Below, one piece after another: positions 51,400 through 52,791 of a DNA stretch of 52,791 nt (position 1 is the first letter of the stretch; every line of letters starts with the position of its first letter). The notes below the pieces were generated by a model that worked only from the letters and a program-made list of their open reading frames with translations, was not told where the DNA came from and searched no databases. The translations under genes were made by a program, and so were the position numbers. This DNA is from Octopus bimaculoides (lineage: Eukaryota), in the NCBI RefSeq assembly GCF_001194135.2, contig NC_068995.1:972558-1025348 (forward strand), given 5' to 3'.

Positions 51400-52198
51400 T
51401 ACATATGTATGTATGTATATGTATGTATGTACACATACATATGTATATGTATGTGTATATATGTACACATACATATGTATAAATGCCATAACAAATGGCA
51501 AATGAGAATAGAATGAAAAAATAAATTAATAAGATAGATAAATCAATAAAAAGACGATTTCCTATTGGAAAAATTCGTTAAAATACTAAGAATTGCAGTT
51601 TTAATAAAATGTTATTTAAGCTTTAATCTAAACCCGACAGATTTTTTTTTTCTCCAGCAACACCGTAATTTCTCAAACGTATTCCTTAAAAATATTCCAT
51701 TTCACAAAAATAGACAATGCATCTTTGTACAAACGATGCTATCGAGATTTTTCATTTTTTTTATGACCACCCACATAACTAAATGGCTGAGCTTTTGCCG
51801 ACAATTTTGTTTCAGTTTTTTTTTATTCGTTTTTAATGTCGTCTGCTAAATGGGTGTACGTTTGTTTTGTTTTTCTTTATTTACAGCGGTAATTGAAAAC
51901 ATTTCACTGGAATGTTTCTCGGGTTCTCAAGGGTATAAAATAAGGACTCGACAATTTAAATATTATTATTATAGATTTATTAAATAATGGACCTTTGTTG
52001 TTAGACGCTTTCTTTTACACATGGCGTATGAAAGTATAAAACTAGACAGAATCGATGGCGCTTTTTTGTTCTGTTGTTTTTTATGATGTTCATGCTGTAA
52101 TTATTGTACCTTAACCCCGTTCCAGCAGGCGTACAAAGACGCTCCAGGTGAGACCGTCCTGTATTTTGTTCTAACCCTGTGTCCTTCCTTTTTTTAAG

Positions 52199-52280
52199 GT
52201 TGAGAGTTATTTTTGCAAGTCACGCGATCATGTCGTCCTCTTTTGGGATCCATAGTGTTTTTGGTTTCCTCTTAAGAGAC
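52199..52280 (+). other. candidate spliced exon
   Basis: Branch-point-like CTAAC (52171-75), a pyrimidine tract, AG at 52197-98 and a GTAAGT donor at 52281. One frame is open (LRVIFASHAIMSSSFGIHSVFGFLLRD). Confidence 0.3.
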
Positions 52281-52389
52281 GTAAGTAGGATAAGTGAAGC
52301 GAATCTTCAGCCGAGAGTTTATATCCGGGGCGGGAACATCGATGGCACCAAGGATTTCTAGTTTGTGTAGAAAGTGGAAGATGTTTTAA

Positions 52390-52487
52390 AACAGTACCAG
52401 TGCTTGATTGGTACTCAATTTGAACTCAGACAGACGAAATACCGCTAAGCATTTCGCCCGGCGTGCTAACGATTCTGCCACCTCGAC
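52390..52487 (-). mobile_element. SINE family A, internally deleted
   Basis: ggtactcaatttgaactcagacagacgaaataccgctaagcatttcgcccggcgtgctaacgattctgcca. The body between the B box and the GTACC motif is missing. Confidence 0.8.
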
Positions 52488-52757
52488 TAATAATAATAAC
52501 TAATTATTATTCACGGAAAATAAAAATTCACGGAAGATATTTAAAAAATGTAAGCATCTGTAAATTGTGTGCTTTTAAACGCTTGAAAGACTATTGAAAG
52601 ATTGTGGATACCTAAGGATACAGGCAGTAACCCGCCACCCACTTAAATTCTACCAGGAATAAGAACGAAACTGAGTTAAATATTGATGATGATGATGATG
52701 GCTTCTCTATTAACCACAAAGGATTTACATTAAGAAAAAGGACGGTATAGGACAAAA

Positions 52758-52791
<34 letters not shown>

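Overview
Eukaryotic draft-assembly window with no intact protein-coding gene that I can support. It is AT-rich, saturated with microsatellites and broken by about 22 N-gaps (roughly 7.7 kb). The repeat families look like those I recall from octopod cephalopod genomes (Octopus-like); this is an inference, not a database result. Recognisable content: many copies of two tRNA-derived SINE-like families (A and B) and a third (AAC)n-tailed dispersed repeat (D). Decayed transposon relics include a Helitron PIF1 helicase, a Helitron N-terminal region, a CR1-group LINE, an RTE-like LINE, a HERO/R2-group LINE 3' end, a Tc1/mariner (maT-like) transposase and Penelope-like pieces. There is also a 5'-truncated tRNA-Gly(GCC) pseudogene. 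The most interesting signals are two hammerhead-ribozyme-like motifs (11432-11486 + and 34986-35022 -, the latter with a non-canonical CUGUUGA core), a head-to-head inverted repeat pair with a perfect 14-bp palindromic centre (27540-27900), and two promoter/insulator-like motif clusters. Almost all ORFs in the supplied track are microsatellite or N-gap artefacts. Repeat boundaries are approximate and were read by eye. I found no evidence for a genuinely new multi-gene system.
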